Virus record (IMG/VR): IMGVR_UViG_3300027858_000004
Location: 32,001-96,000 of that record
Source: a virus
Taxonomy: Duplodnaviria; Caudoviricetes
DNA length: 64,000 nucleotides
Strand: one strand, 5' to 3'
Every line of letters starts with the position of its first letter. The stretch's first letter is position 1. The notes beneath the pieces are model-generated. The model searched no databases. It was not told where the DNA came from and worked only from the letters and a program-made list of their open reading frames with translations. Position numbers and translations under genes: made by a program. Below are positions 31,301-42,300 of this stretch, piece by piece.

Positions 31301-33186
31301 ATACAAAGTGTATGACGACAGAGAAGAAGGAACTTTATTTGAAGGAAACGAAGATGAATGCATGTTTTGGATGAATGAGAATTATCCAGAGGATAATGAA
31401 GAATTTGAGCACATATGGATGATAGGTGAAGAAGATAAACCTCTAATCACCACCAAAGGGATTGAGCGATTAGAAGAGTATAAATTCTATGAAATACATG
31501 ACCCATATTTTGCACTAATTAAAGCAAATAATGAAGAGGATGCAGTTAACCAATACATTAAAGTGGTTGCTGGAAACGTAGAAGATACTGTTGAGCTAAT
31601 GGAAGAAATAAAAGAAGTTGATTTAACTGATACACTAATAAAATACGTTCACTCATTCTACCAACCTGCTATAGAAATTTATGAAACAATTGAAGAATAT
31701 CTTGAGTTTTTACTCAAAGAAGAATCAAACGTTCTGTTAGTTGATGGAAGTTTATTATAATGTGGATTATAGAGCTATTGGTATATGGATTTGAAATTAT
31801 TTCATTTCTATTTGAATCAAAGAACGAACGAAATAAGAAGAAAAATAAAAGAAAATAGGAGATGAATAAATGTTAGTTTTCACAATTATTATGATAGTTA
31901 TGTATAGCATGTTACTGATTGGAACCACTGCTTTTGGAAGTATTCAAAAAGATGAAGATGAATTGAAAAAGGCTGATGACTCAGAGCAGTTTGCATATGT
32001 AGGAATAGGATGTACTTGGGTTATCCTTGTTTTTAGTTATTTATTGACATATATAATTTACTTATTTAATGCTTTAAATGTAGATTCACTATTAATTCCT
32101 ACTTTTATTATGTTGACTCTATTTATTTTCAACGCTGTAAAAGGAGCTATTAGGTCAGCTCAAAACAAAGCTAATAATATTAAACCGAAAATTAAAGATA
32201 AGGCAACTCCATATTCAATGTCAATGCGTGTTTTAACTTATATTTACTTTATCTACATGTTATTTATCTTGATTGTGGGGTCTTAATATGAAGATTACAG
32301 TTGAGTTGGATAGATTCACATTGAATAGAGACATATTGTATAAAGATTTTGAAAAGGCATTAGCAAAAGTTGCCAAAGAGAAAGCTGAAAAGTTGAAACA
32401 GCTACTAGAACTATCTATTGAAATGGGAACATTGATTACTCTTACAGATGAGCAACTGCGAGGATTAGGGAAGACGACAGCAATTATTGAAACAGCAAAC
32501 GAATTGAATGCGGTAGTCGTAGTGACGAGTTCTTCATATCATTCAGCACATGGATGGAAAATAAAAAATTTAGCAGTAATTTCCAACGTTGAAAGTTGCA
32601 GAGGTCTTCGCTTGGGGAGTGATTTCATCGTAGATGAGGGTGTAGATGATGAAATTATTAAAGAGTTAATTAGAAATGGAAACAAATTATTAGGTGGATT
32701 TAAGAGACTATAAAACAAGAGGAGAATGAAAATGAGAGAAGCAATAGAAAAAATAGAATTTCAAATAGAGCTTATTCGCAAGGCAAAAAAACATTTTAAT
32801 ATTCAAGATAGAGAGTATTTAGAGTTTACAACTATTCAACAGAATTATATGCAAGCCATCAAAAGCATAGTTGAATTGAAAGATAGAGAAGAAAGACTGT
32901 GGAAGATAGTAGACCGTAAGCGCTCTCTTGAACCAGTTTCTACAGATAGTGCAGAAGGGTTTTGATTATCATCAATAAGCAGAGATATGATATAGATTAT
33001 TCCAAATTATTATGGCAATCTGATTGGATGTATTCAGAAGTAATCGATGACACCATAAGTGATGAAGAAGACTTTGTGGTTGGATGCTATTCTTCATCAG
33101 AAATCCCTGAGATAAGTATGTATATTGACATGGAGCGCAACAAAGTTTTAGAAGTATGGACTTCCTATGAAGAGGATGAGAATTAA
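31266..33186 (+). other. Hypothetical genes 31266-31760, 31870-32286 (membrane), 32288-32713 (small P-loop-like), 32726-32965, 32962-33186
   Basis: ORF track and RBS. Confidence 0.7.
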
Positions 33187-33690
33187 ATGAACACTGAAAC
33201 ATCTTGCTGTTTTACTGGTCACAGACCTGAAAAGCTACCTAATGGATACAACATGCTTGGAGAAGAAAACTTTAACATGCTCATGAAACTAAAGGAAATA
33301 ATCATAGACCATATTGAGAATAAAAATATAGATACTTTTATAACTGGCATGGCATTAGGAATTGATACTTGGGCAGCATTTATAATATTGAAGTTAAAAC
33401 AAACTTATCCTCATATTAAACTTGTAGCTGCCGTTCCTTGTGCTAACCACAGTATCAAATGGAATCAAGAATCTAGAGACATTCATCAACAGATTCTTGA
33501 TAAGTGTGATACAGTTCACTATGTTTCTGAAGAGCCTTATACACACTGGTGTATGCAAGATAGAAATAAATGGATGGTTGACAACTCTAAATATACCATA
33601 GCAGTTTGGGATGGCACTAAGGGTGGAACAGCGAACTGTGTTAATTATGCTAAGAAGAAAAATAAAGAGATAAGTATTTTACATCCATAG
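33187..33690 (+). CDS. SLOG superfamily protein, YspA/DUF1273-like
   Basis: CFTGHRP, ITGMALGID, RNKWMVD, VWDG..GGT. Confidence 0.85.
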   Translation: MNTETSCCFTGHRPEKLPNGYNMLGEENFNMLMKLKEIIIDHIENKNIDTFITGMALGIDTWAAFIILKLKQTYPHIKLVAAVPCANHSIKWNQESRDIHQQILDKCDTVHYVSEEPYTHWCMQDRNKWMVDNSKYTIAVWDGTKGGTANCVNYAKKKNKEISILHP

Positions 33691-33904
33691 GAGGATAAGA
33701 GAATGCAAGGTAGACTTTGGGATATGACAGAAAGATTTAATGAAGGGCAAAAAGGTAAGAAAAATGATGGGAAAGTGTTGACAATTAGCAATGTACCTAA
33801 GCACATTGGTAACTTGAGCAATGAAGAATTGGACATTCAGTTCAATGAAATAAAAACAGGAACACGAAAAGATGGAGCTAGTTTTATAGAATAGGAGTGA
33901 TTCA

Positions 33905-35620
33905 GTGATTTACACATTAAAAGGTGAGAATGATATATTCAATCCTCTAGAGCAAGTATTAAAGAATCGTGAAATTAAAGACATACAAAAATTCCTGAAT
34001 CCTAGTATAAACGATTTAATCCCATATAATGCACTAAGAAACATGGATAAGGCTATTTATTTACTCTTAAGACACATTAGAGACAATAGTGTCATAGGTG
34101 TTCTAGTAGACCCAGATGCCGATGGAATCAGTAGTTCAGCAAGCTTCGTGTCATATATTAAAAAAGCGTTTCCTGAAATTGAATTAATATTCTACATGCA
34201 CTCAGGAAAACAGCATGGTTTAACTACTGAGATAGTAGAGCAGATTCATGAAACTCAACCAGACTTATTAGTTATTCCAGATGCTGGTTCCAACGATTAT
34301 GAGCAACTTGAAGAACTAAATAAATACCTAGACCTTTTAATTCTTGACCACCATGAATCAGAAAAAGAATCGGAACATGCAATTGTAGTTAATAACCAAC
34401 TGTCTCCTGAGTATGAAAATAAGAGTCTATCAGGTGTTGGTATTGTTTATAAGTTTTTAAAAGCATTAGATGACAAACTAGAATTAGACTATGCAGATGA
34501 ATATTTAGATTTGGTTGCGCTAGGAAACGTTGGAGATGTTATGAGACTAGATGTTCCTGAGACTAGATATTTGGTTTATGAAGGTCTTAAAAACATTAAG
34601 AATGAGTTTCTATTAAACCTAATAGCGAAAAATGCTAAGGACGTAAAAGAAATAACACCGAAAGTATTAAGCTTTAAGATTATTCCTCAGATAAATGCGA
34701 TGATTCGTGTGGGAGACGCAGAACAAAAGCTAGATGTATTTAGAGCTATGGTTGGAGAGCAAGAAGAGTTCTTTAATACTCGCACGAAGAAGACTGAAAC
34801 ATTGCCACAGAAAGCAGCTAGACTTTGTACTAATGCCTACGCTAAGCAAAGACGAGTGAGAGACAAGTGGACTGAGATAATCAAACTACAGATTGAAGAA
34901 CAAGAGCTTGATAAGAATGCTTTCATTGTGTTAAACGTTGATAACTTTGATAAAGAGCTTTCAGGATACATTGCTTCCAACCTCACAGGAATTTATAAAA
35001 AACCTGTTTTATTAATGAGTTGGAACGAAGAGTCTAAGTCCTATACTGGAAGCCTACGTGGATATGAAACAGTAATACGTGATTCTAAGTCATTCCTTAA
35101 TTCATTGGAAGCATTTGAATTTGTTAGTGGACATGCTAATGCGGCTGGTTTCTCAATTAAGAAAGATGAACTAGAAAAACTACCTGATTTAATTAATGAA
35201 AAAATGGAATATACGAATGCCGATTCAGAGCCAACAGAAGTTGACTTTGTGCTAACTGAAAAAGGTTTGACTTTAAACCTTATAAACGATATAATTAAAT
35301 ACGAAGGACTTTGGGGATTCGGGGCATCAGAACCATTGTTTGCTGTAAAAGATATAGAGGTAGACGTTTCTAAAATTATTATTAATAAGCTAACTGGTAG
35401 ATTTATGCTAAATGGAATAGAGTTCATTCAGTTCCAATTAAATGATAATCTAGTGGAGTTGGCAGGTCAGAATAAGATTGCAACATGTGATTTTGTTGGG
35501 AAAGTCAATGTGAACAATTGGCTAGGAAAGGTAACATCCCAGTTCATAATAGAAGCTGTTGATATTAAAGAAACGAAAGATAACGACCTTACATTTGATT
35601 TGTTTGACTTGTTTGGATAA
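33905..35620 (+). CDS. recJ: RecJ-like ssDNA exonuclease (DHH family)
   Basis: DPDADG, HGL, DHH, SGVG, GSLRG, GHANAAG. Confidence 0.92.
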   Translation: MIYTLKGENDIFNPLEQVLKNREIKDIQKFLNPSINDLIPYNALRNMDKAIYLLLRHIRDNSVIGVLVDPDADGISSSASFVSYIKKAFPEIELIFYMHSGKQHGLTTEIVEQIHETQPDLLVIPDAGSNDYEQLEELNKYLDLLILDHHESEKESEHAIVVNNQLSPEYENKSLSGVGIVYKFLKALDDKLELDYADEYLDLVALGNVGDVMRLDVPETRYLVYEGLKNIKNEFLLNLIAKNAKDVKEITPKVLSFKIIPQINAMIRVGDAEQKLDVFRAMVGEQEEFFNTRTKKTETLPQKAARLCTNAYAKQRRVRDKWTEIIKLQIEEQELDKNAFIVLNVDNFDKELSGYIASNLTGIYKKPVLLMSWNEESKSYTGSLRGYETVIRDSKSFLNSLEAFEFVSGHANAAGFSIKKDELEKLPDLINEKMEYTNADSEPTEVDFVLTEKGLTLNLINDIIKYEGLWGFGASEPLFAVKDIEVDVSKIIINKLTGRFMLNGIEFIQFQLNDNLVELAGQNKIATCDFVGKVNVNNWLGKVTSQFIIEAVDIKETKDNDLTFDLFDLFG

Positions 35621-35636
35621 AGTTATAAGTTATGTA

Positions 35637-35698
35637 TTGACAAATGTAATATAACGTGATAAGATAGTGGTTGTAGAGATAATCTGCAACCACTTTTT
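35637..35698 (+). promoter_or_regulatory. SigA-type promoter overlapping a terminator-like hairpin
   Basis: TTGACA-17bp-TAAGAT, then AGTGGTTGTAGA/TCTGCAACCACT-TTTT. Confidence 0.7.
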
Positions 35699-35726
35699 CT
35701 ATTATAAAATAAAAGGAGGTAATTGT

Positions 35727-38700
35727 TTGTGTAAATCAACAAGACATGAGTTTCACTCTCATTCACCATTCAGTAACATTAGGTTGCTCGATGCCATATC
35801 AACAATAGAAGACCTGATTCAGAAGTCTGCTGATATGGGATTAAAGGGAATTGCAATCACTGACCATGAGACTGTGGCAGCTCACGTTAAAGCAATTCAA
35901 AAAGTAAGAGAGTTGAAAGAGAAAAAGAAGATACCTCAAGATTTCAAATTAACTCTTGGGAATGAAATCTATCTAGTTAACTCAATGGAAGAGGTTCAAG
36001 ATAACTATGAATCAGGAGTTACTAAGTTTCCACACTTTCTGCTGTTAGCTAAAGATATTGAAGCGCATGAGATGTTACGAGGTCTTTCAAGCCAAGCATG
36101 GAGTCAATCTTTCTATACTGGGGCAATGGAGCGTGTACCAACCACTAAAGCACAGTTAGAAGAGGCTATTAGAAGCAATCCTAATAAGTTGGTTGGTAGC
36201 TCAGCGTGTCTAGGTTCAGAATCAAGTATTCACATTCTAAATGGTGACTTCGACAAAGCAAAAGATTTCCTGAAATGGTGTTCTAATCTATTTGGAAAAG
36301 GAAACTTCTTCTTAGAAATGCAACCAGCAATTGGTGGAGAGCAACGTATCGTCAATGAAAAGTTAATTGAGTTTTCTAATGAACTAGGTATTGACTTAAT
36401 AATTACTTCGGATGTTCACTATTTACGACCTGAAGATGCAGACATACACTCTTCATATCTTAACTCAAAAGGTGGGGAACGAGAAGTAGCAGAGTTCTAC
36501 TCAAACACTTACCTTCATACAAACGAGGAAATATATGAAAAACTAAGCTATATAGATGAATCAATTATTACCAAGGCATTAGAAAACACCCTAAAGATTG
36601 GTGAAATGATTGAAGAATACACTATTGAAGCGGATATAGTTATTCCTAAGATTACATTGCCAGAATTCACTTTAAGACATTTATTTAAAAAAGGTTATAA
36701 ACGATATAATTACATTTATGAAATGGCGCATAGTGAAAATGAACAGGATAGATATTTAATCCACTTAATTGAGGAAGGATTTCTAGAATATATTCCATAC
36801 CAATCAGTTAGTCAAGAGTATTTCCATACTATGATGGCTAGGATTAATATTGAGCTGGAACAACTTTGGGAAATATCCAAGGTACTAAATCAAGCTATGT
36901 CAGCTTATTACGTTACAGTTGCTAAGATTGTTGACCTAATGTGGGGAGATGACTGTGGTGAAGATAGTAAAACAGAAGGCTCATTAGTTGGTAGTGGACG
37001 TGGTAGTGCTGTAGCGTTCTTTATTAACTATCTAACTGGTATCACACAAGTTAATCCATTAGTATACGGGATTGAAGTCCCATACTGGAGACATTTAAGT
37101 AAAGATATGCCTAGCATTAGCGCACTAGATGTAGACGTTGATATCAATGGAACCAAGAAACACTATATCTTTGAGCGAATGAAGAGGTTTTTCGGTGAAG
37201 ATAGGTTCCTACAAGTTTGTACATTTGGTACTGAGGGTTCTAAATCAGCCATTCAAACAGCTTGTCGAGGTCTTGGGTATGATACAGACATAGCACAATA
37301 TATTAGTTCTCTTATTCCTTTTGAAAGAGGGGCAAACTGGAGCATTAAAGATTGTCTATATGGTGATGTAGAGGAAGACAGAAAGCCTGTAAGAGAGTTT
37401 ATTAAAGAAATAGAACAATATCCGAAGTTGAAAGAAACTGCTTTGAAAATTGAAGGTCTAGTTAATAAGCGCTCTGTTCATGCTGGTGGAGTTTTAATTA
37501 TGAATGATTCATATGTGAAAACAAATGCCATGATGAAGTCTCCTAAAGGGGTTATGACCACTCAGTTTAATCTTGATGACTCGCAAGCACTAGGAAATAT
37601 TAAATATGATATTTTAACTATCGAAGCGATGGAGAAAATTCAAACAACAATGGATTTATTACTTAAAGAGAAAGAAATGATTTGGCAAGGGACACTGAGA
37701 AAAACATTCAATAAGTACTTGCATCCAGAGATTATTGATAAAGAGAATCCAAAACTATTCGAAATGGCTAGTAGTGGAACAATTCCAGACCTATTCCAGT
37801 TCTCCACAGCAATTGGTCACAGTACGATTAAGAAAGTACAACCAAAAAATCTAATTGAAATGGTCGCTACCAACTCATTAATGAGACTGCAATCAGAAGG
37901 TATGGAACAGCCTATTGACACTTTCATTCGATTTAAGAATGACATTTCACTTTGGTATGATGAAATGCGTAAGTGGGGATTAGATGAAAATGAAGTTAAA
38001 ATAATGGAAGAACATCTCCTTCCATTAAATGGTGTTGCAGATACACAGGAATCAGTAATGCTAATGGCAATGGATAAGAGGGTCGCAAGTTTTAATGTTA
38101 AGGAATCAACAACCCTACGCAAAAGTATTGCCAAAAAGAATAAAGAGATAGCAATTACAGCTAGAGATATTCTAATGGAAAAAGGTTTTGCGCAAGGAAC
38201 TAGCGAGGCACTACTCGATTACGTTTGGTATCAAATAAGTCGAATGTTATCTTATGCTTTCAGCTCTCCACACACATTGGCATATAGTTTAATTGCTATG
38301 GAACAGCTTAATCTCAATATGAATTACAATCCTTTATACTGGAACACTGCTGTCTTAACAGTTAACTCAGGCTCTCAGGAAGTAGAAGAGGGAGAGAAGA
38401 AGAAAACAACCAAGTACGGTAAGACAGCATCAGCAATAGGTAAAATGAAGAGCTTCGGTGTCAATGTTTCTCTACCTTTAATCAACTCAGCAGGATTTGG
38501 ATTTGAAACTGATATTAAAAACAATAGAATCATATTCAGTTTAAAAGGTATCGTTGGAGTTGGTGATGATGCAGTATACGAAATTATCAACAATAGACCA
38601 TACACTTCATTCGATGATTTCTATGATAGACTTTATTTAACTAAAAAGGTTCAAAAGAAACACATTATTAAACTAGTTAAAGCAGGAGCGTTTGACGAGT

Positions 38701-39626
38701 TTGGTGAGCGCATTGAAATAATGAAAAAGCTTGTTTTTAAAGAAGTTGATATGAAAGACAAGCTAACGATGGCAAACCTACCAAGAGCTATAGAAATCGG
38801 TCTCCTAGACGGTGAAAAACTAGAAATCTACAAGCGATTAATAGAGTTCAAGAAATATATTTCTAAATCTGTTGTAAGAACCATTCCCAAGCCAAAAGAC
38901 AAGATTCTTGGACTGGATAATACAGCTCAAGTATTCTTAATGGAGCATTTTACAGATGTTAAGTATGAGTATGAGGACAATATCATGACAATATCTGAAA
39001 AAGAATTCAGCAAATCATATGACATCATCATGGAACCAATTAAAGAGCTGATAAATACAAAGCCGTTCCTGAATGCTTTCAATAAGGCTCAATTTATAGA
39101 ACTTTGGGATGATATGGCTAGTGGAACAGTATCTTCTTGGGAGATGGAATCAGTGTCGTTCTATGATTCTGAACATGAGTTGGAGCACTTAGATAGGGAC
39201 AAATATGGCATTGCCAACTGGAATGAAATAGACCCTATACCTGAGATTGTTGAGACATATGTGTCCAGAGGTAGAGAATATAAAAACAATAGGCTATTCT
39301 CATTAGTGGGAACAGTTTTAGATAAAGATAAGAATAAGCATACTGTCACAATACTAACCCCTGATGGAGTAGTCACATGTAAAATGTATGGTGGGGCATT
39401 TACCCATTATGATAAACAAATATCAGTAGTTGAAGGAGGCAAGAAGAGAGTTGTTGAAAAATCTTGGTTCACACGAGGTAATTTACTGTTTGTCACTGGA
39501 TTTAGAAGGGAAGACCAATTTGTACTAAAGACATATAAGAACTCGCCACATGCACACACAATAAACCTGATTACAGGTATAGAAGGGACAGAAGTGAAAC
39601 TACAGTCGGAACGCACTAAGGGTTAA
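35727..39626 (+). CDS. dnaE: DNA polymerase III alpha subunit
   Basis: PHP motifs HSH, AITDHE, SDVHY; GSGRGS; DVDVD; KYDIL; probable TTG start at 35727 after GGAGGT. Confidence 0.95.
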   Translation: MCKSTRHEFHSHSPFSNIRLLDAISTIEDLIQKSADMGLKGIAITDHETVAAHVKAIQKVRELKEKKKIPQDFKLTLGNEIYLVNSMEEVQDNYESGVTKFPHFLLLAKDIEAHEMLRGLSSQAWSQSFYTGAMERVPTTKAQLEEAIRSNPNKLVGSSACLGSESSIHILNGDFDKAKDFLKWCSNLFGKGNFFLEMQPAIGGEQRIVNEKLIEFSNELGIDLIITSDVHYLRPEDADIHSSYLNSKGGEREVAEFYSNTYLHTNEEIYEKLSYIDESIITKALENTLKIGEMIEEYTIEADIVIPKITLPEFTLRHLFKKGYKRYNYIYEMAHSENEQDRYLIHLIEEGFLEYIPYQSVSQEYFHTMMARINIELEQLWEISKVLNQAMSAYYVTVAKIVDLMWGDDCGEDSKTEGSLVGSGRGSAVAFFINYLTGITQVNPLVYGIEVPYWRHLSKDMPSISALDVDVDINGTKKHYIFERMKRFFGEDRFLQVCTFGTEGSKSAIQTACRGLGYDTDIAQYISSLIPFERGANWSIKDCLYGDVEEDRKPVREFIKEIEQYPKLKETALKIEGLVNKRSVHAGGVLIMNDSYVKTNAMMKSPKGVMTTQFNLDDSQALGNIKYDILTIEAMEKIQTTMDLLLKEKEMIWQGTLRKTFNKYLHPEIIDKENPKLFEMASSGTIPDLFQFSTAIGHSTIKKVQPKNLIEMVATNSLMRLQSEGMEQPIDTFIRFKNDISLWYDEMRKWGLDENEVKIMEEHLLPLNGVADTQESVMLMAMDKRVASFNVKESTTLRKSIAKKNKEIAITARDILMEKGFAQGTSEALLDYVWYQISRMLSYAFSSPHTLAYSLIAMEQLNLNMNYNPLYWNTAVLTVNSGSQEVEEGEKKKTTKYGKTASAIGKMKSFGVNVSLPLINSAGFGFETDIKNNRIIFSLKGIVGVGDDAVYEIINNRPYTSFDDFYDRLYLTKKVQKKHIIKLVKAGAFDEFGERIEIMKKLVFKEVDMKDKLTMANLPRAIEIGLLDGEKLEIYKRLIEFKKYISKSVVRTIPKPKDKILGLDNTAQVFLMEHFTDVKYEYEDNIMTISEKEFSKSYDIIMEPIKELINTKPFLNAFNKAQFIELWDDMASGTVSSWEMESVSFYDSEHELEHLDRDKYGIANWNEIDPIPEIVETYVSRGREYKNNRLFSLVGTVLDKDKNKHTVTILTPDGVVTCKMYGGAFTHYDKQISVVEGGKKRVVEKSWFTRGNLLFVTGFRREDQFVLKTYKNSPHAHTINLITGIEGTEVKLQSERTKG

Positions 39627-39655
39627 TTAGTCATTATGAGTAAGAGACTGTAGGA

Positions 39656-40360
39656 TTGAGCGTATATATGAAAACGAGAAAGAAAGCACCACTTAAGATT
39701 ATTTCAAGATTACTAATGGGAGTAATTATTATAGGAGGATTCATTTTCTCAGTTGATTTATTGAATAAGATGAATGAACCATGTTACGATGGTTGCACAT
39801 CTGATGATAGCAGCGACATCATGGAAAGAGAAATAAATGATTATAAACTAGCTATTTTCAAAACTGAAGTAGAAGAAGCTAAGATTCTAATAGCTGAAGA
39901 AAAAGAAAGAAAGCGATTAGCCGATATTGAAGCCAAGAAAGTTGCAGAGCTTGAAGCCAAAAGAGTAGCCAAACAAAAGGCTAAAGAAGAAGCAAAGAAA
40001 GCAGAGAAAGAAAAGTATGTTGCAGTGAGTAGAGGAAGTAAAACACAAGGAAACTGGATTGTCTTTGAGGCAACACACTATTCAGCTTTTTGCAATACAG
40101 GATGCACTGGAGTTACAGCTTTGGGGTGGAATGTGAAAAACACTATCTATCATAGTGGACTTCGAGTAATTGCAGTAGACCCTTCCACTATTCCTTTGGG
40201 TTCAATGGTGGAAGTTAAAACCTCATATGGTTCATTTAAAGCATTAGCTGGCGATACTGGAGGGGACATTAATAACTATAGAATAGATATACTAGTTGAG
40301 AACGACACTGTAGCCAACCGACTTGGAAGAGAAAAAGTACAAGTAAGATTAATTAAATAA
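39656..40360 (+). CDS. Membrane-anchored 3D-domain (cell wall lytic) protein, YorM-like
   Basis: TM, coiled coil, ATHY..C, IAVDP..IPLGS, DTGG.I...RIDI. Confidence 0.85.
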   Translation: MSVYMKTRKKAPLKIISRLLMGVIIIGGFIFSVDLLNKMNEPCYDGCTSDDSSDIMEREINDYKLAIFKTEVEEAKILIAEEKERKRLADIEAKKVAELEAKRVAKQKAKEEAKKAEKEKYVAVSRGSKTQGNWIVFEATHYSAFCNTGCTGVTALGWNVKNTIYHSGLRVIAVDPSTIPLGSMVEVKTSYGSFKALAGDTGGDINNYRIDILVENDTVANRLGREKVQVRLIK

Positions 40361-40376
40361 AGTTTTAAATTAGTTA

Positions 40377-40405
40377 TTGACATTAATATTAAAATGTGAT
40401 ATAGT
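40377..40405 (+). promoter_or_regulatory. SigA-type promoter
   Basis: TTGACA-17bp-TATAGT with upstream box. Confidence 0.75.
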
Positions 40406-40481
40406 TATATTTGTAGAGAAGAGGGTAAGAAAAATATTCCTTCTCTATAAAAACTACTTAATTAAAACGGAGGAATACACT

Positions 40482-40982
40482 ATGATAAAATGGTTAAAAG
40501 AAAAAATCTTCAACAGTGAGAAAAAGACAGGTGAATTAGATTTACTTGAAAATAGAAAAGAATATTTGGCTAGTATGAATGAAGGAACAACAAAAGAGTT
40601 TTACGACCAAGTTTCCGAAGAAAATTTAAACAATCACTTTATGAACGTAGTGGAATTACAATATCTAAAAGAAGAACGAGAAAATTCTCCCCAACCATTA
40701 AAAATGACAGATGCTGCATTCAACTATTATAAAAACAGTGTAAAAGGTAATAAGCATATCTCTTATGAACAGGCTTGCTTAAAGATGACGAGAAACATGA
40801 TGCTTGCTCTACCAGTGAATAAGAAAAATGGAAGAATAATCTACATGTATGGAACACTCCACTTCTCAATAAAGAATGGCAGAGTGAGTTGGATTATGAA
40901 TAACCGACCAATTCCTGCTGTATGGTACAAAGATAGAGTTCGCTATGATGAAATAACTAAAATGCTAGGAATTATTGATTAA
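40482..40982 (+). CDS. Hypothetical protein
   Basis: ATG at 40482 after GGAGG; the longer TTG start lies inside the promoter. Confidence 0.7.
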   Translation: MIKWLKEKIFNSEKKTGELDLLENRKEYLASMNEGTTKEFYDQVSEENLNNHFMNVVELQYLKEERENSPQPLKMTDAAFNYYKNSVKGNKHISYEQACLKMTRNMMLALPVNKKNGRIIYMYGTLHFSIKNGRVSWIMNNRPIPAVWYKDRVRYDEITKMLGIID

Positions 40983-41019
40983 TTAACTATAAATTACTTA
41001 ATGACAAAGGAGAGTATAA

Positions 41020-42300
41020 ATGACAAATATTGTGTCGATATATGCTATAGCTCAGAAAATAAAAAATACACCAGGTAAAAAAGCTAAAGAGGCATTACTT
41101 CAAAAGCAAGTAGATAATGATGACTTTAAGAAGTTTCTAAAATTTGTTTATGACCCTTCATTAGTATATGGATTACAAGAAAAGAAGATAAAGAAATTCT
41201 TAGGACAATCAGAAAGTAAAGAGTTAGGATTTAATAATATATTCCTTTTATTTGAATATTTAATAGAAAATAATTCAGGAACAGATAAGAATGCTATGAA
41301 AGTTGCCCATTTTATCGACAAGCAAGAAGAAGAGCACAAGCAATTTGTACTTGAGGCTATTACTAAAACGCTAAAACTGGGTGTTGAGAAGACTATTTCC
41401 AAAGTGTTCCCAGATATTATTGAGCAGTTTGAAGTCATGCGAGGAAAGTCATACTCAGATTACAAGAATAAAATTAAAGGTAGGCTGTTCGTTCTAGCAG
41501 AAAAGAAGAACGGAATACGTTGCATCACTGAAAAGAAAGGTGATTCAGTGCTATTCAAGACTCGTCAAAACAAGATTATCAGTGGCTTAAATGGCATTCA
41601 TGCCGAAATGTTAGCGCTAGACGATGGAATATACGATGGTGAGTTAGTTATCAAAGAATCATGGAAGTATAAACTTCGTGATGTATTACAGCAAACAATG
41701 AAAATTGTGAACTCCGATGATGAAGATAAGATTGTTGACTATTGGATTTTTGATTTACTAACTCCTGATGAGTTCCATGTAACTGTTGCAAGCAGAAACT
41801 ACTTTGAGCGTAGAGATAGTGCAGTGTTGTCATTGAATAAGCATGAGCTTAATCATGTTAAGATGATTCCTGAGCTATATCGTGGAAAAGACTTAGATGT
41901 AGTGGACAAGCTTCTAGACGAGGTTGTTGAAGAAGGTAAAGAAGGACTAATGATGAACTTTGACTTACCATTTAAAACAGGAAAGACAAATAACATTCTT
42001 AAAATTAAGAAAAAGTACTCTTCTGATTTAAAAGTTATCGGATTTGAAGAAGGCAAAGGTAAAAACAAAGGCAAGCTAGGAGCATTAATCTTAGACTATA
42101 AGGGATTCCCACTAGGCTGTTCTGGTATGACTGATGAAGAGCGAGTTGAGATTTGGAATAATCAGGCTAAGTACTTGGGAGTAGTTGTTGAAATCACTCA
42201 TGAGCAAGAGTCAACCAACGATAAGGGTGGAGTATCCCTAGAATATCCAAGTTTTGAAATGTGGAGATTTGATAAGGACGAAGTAAGTTACGCTCATTAA
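41020..42300 (+). CDS. lig: ATP-dependent DNA ligase
   Basis: EKKNGIR (motif I), YDGEL, IFD, EGLM, LKIK, OB domain ending WRFDK. Confidence 0.92.
   Translation: MTNIVSIYAIAQKIKNTPGKKAKEALLQKQVDNDDFKKFLKFVYDPSLVYGLQEKKIKKFLGQSESKELGFNNIFLLFEYLIENNSGTDKNAMKVAHFIDKQEEEHKQFVLEAITKTLKLGVEKTISKVFPDIIEQFEVMRGKSYSDYKNKIKGRLFVLAEKKNGIRCITEKKGDSVLFKTRQNKIISGLNGIHAEMLALDDGIYDGELVIKESWKYKLRDVLQQTMKIVNSDDEDKIVDYWIFDLLTPDEFHVTVASRNYFERRDSAVLSLNKHELNHVKMIPELYRGKDLDVVDKLLDEVVEEGKEGLMMNFDLPFKTGKTNNILKIKKKYSSDLKVIGFEEGKGKNKGKLGALILDYKGFPLGCSGMTDEERVEIWNNQAKYLGVVVEITHEQESTNDKGGVSLEYPSFEMWRFDKDEVSYAH

Noticed and set aside
35667-40482. ORF-track starts at 35667 and 40377 (similarly 1862, 5798, 49131, 58592)
   Set aside because: They lie within promoters, junction motifs or upstream genes; downstream starts with good RBS (35727, 40482, 1921, 5831, 49314, 58628) are more plausible.
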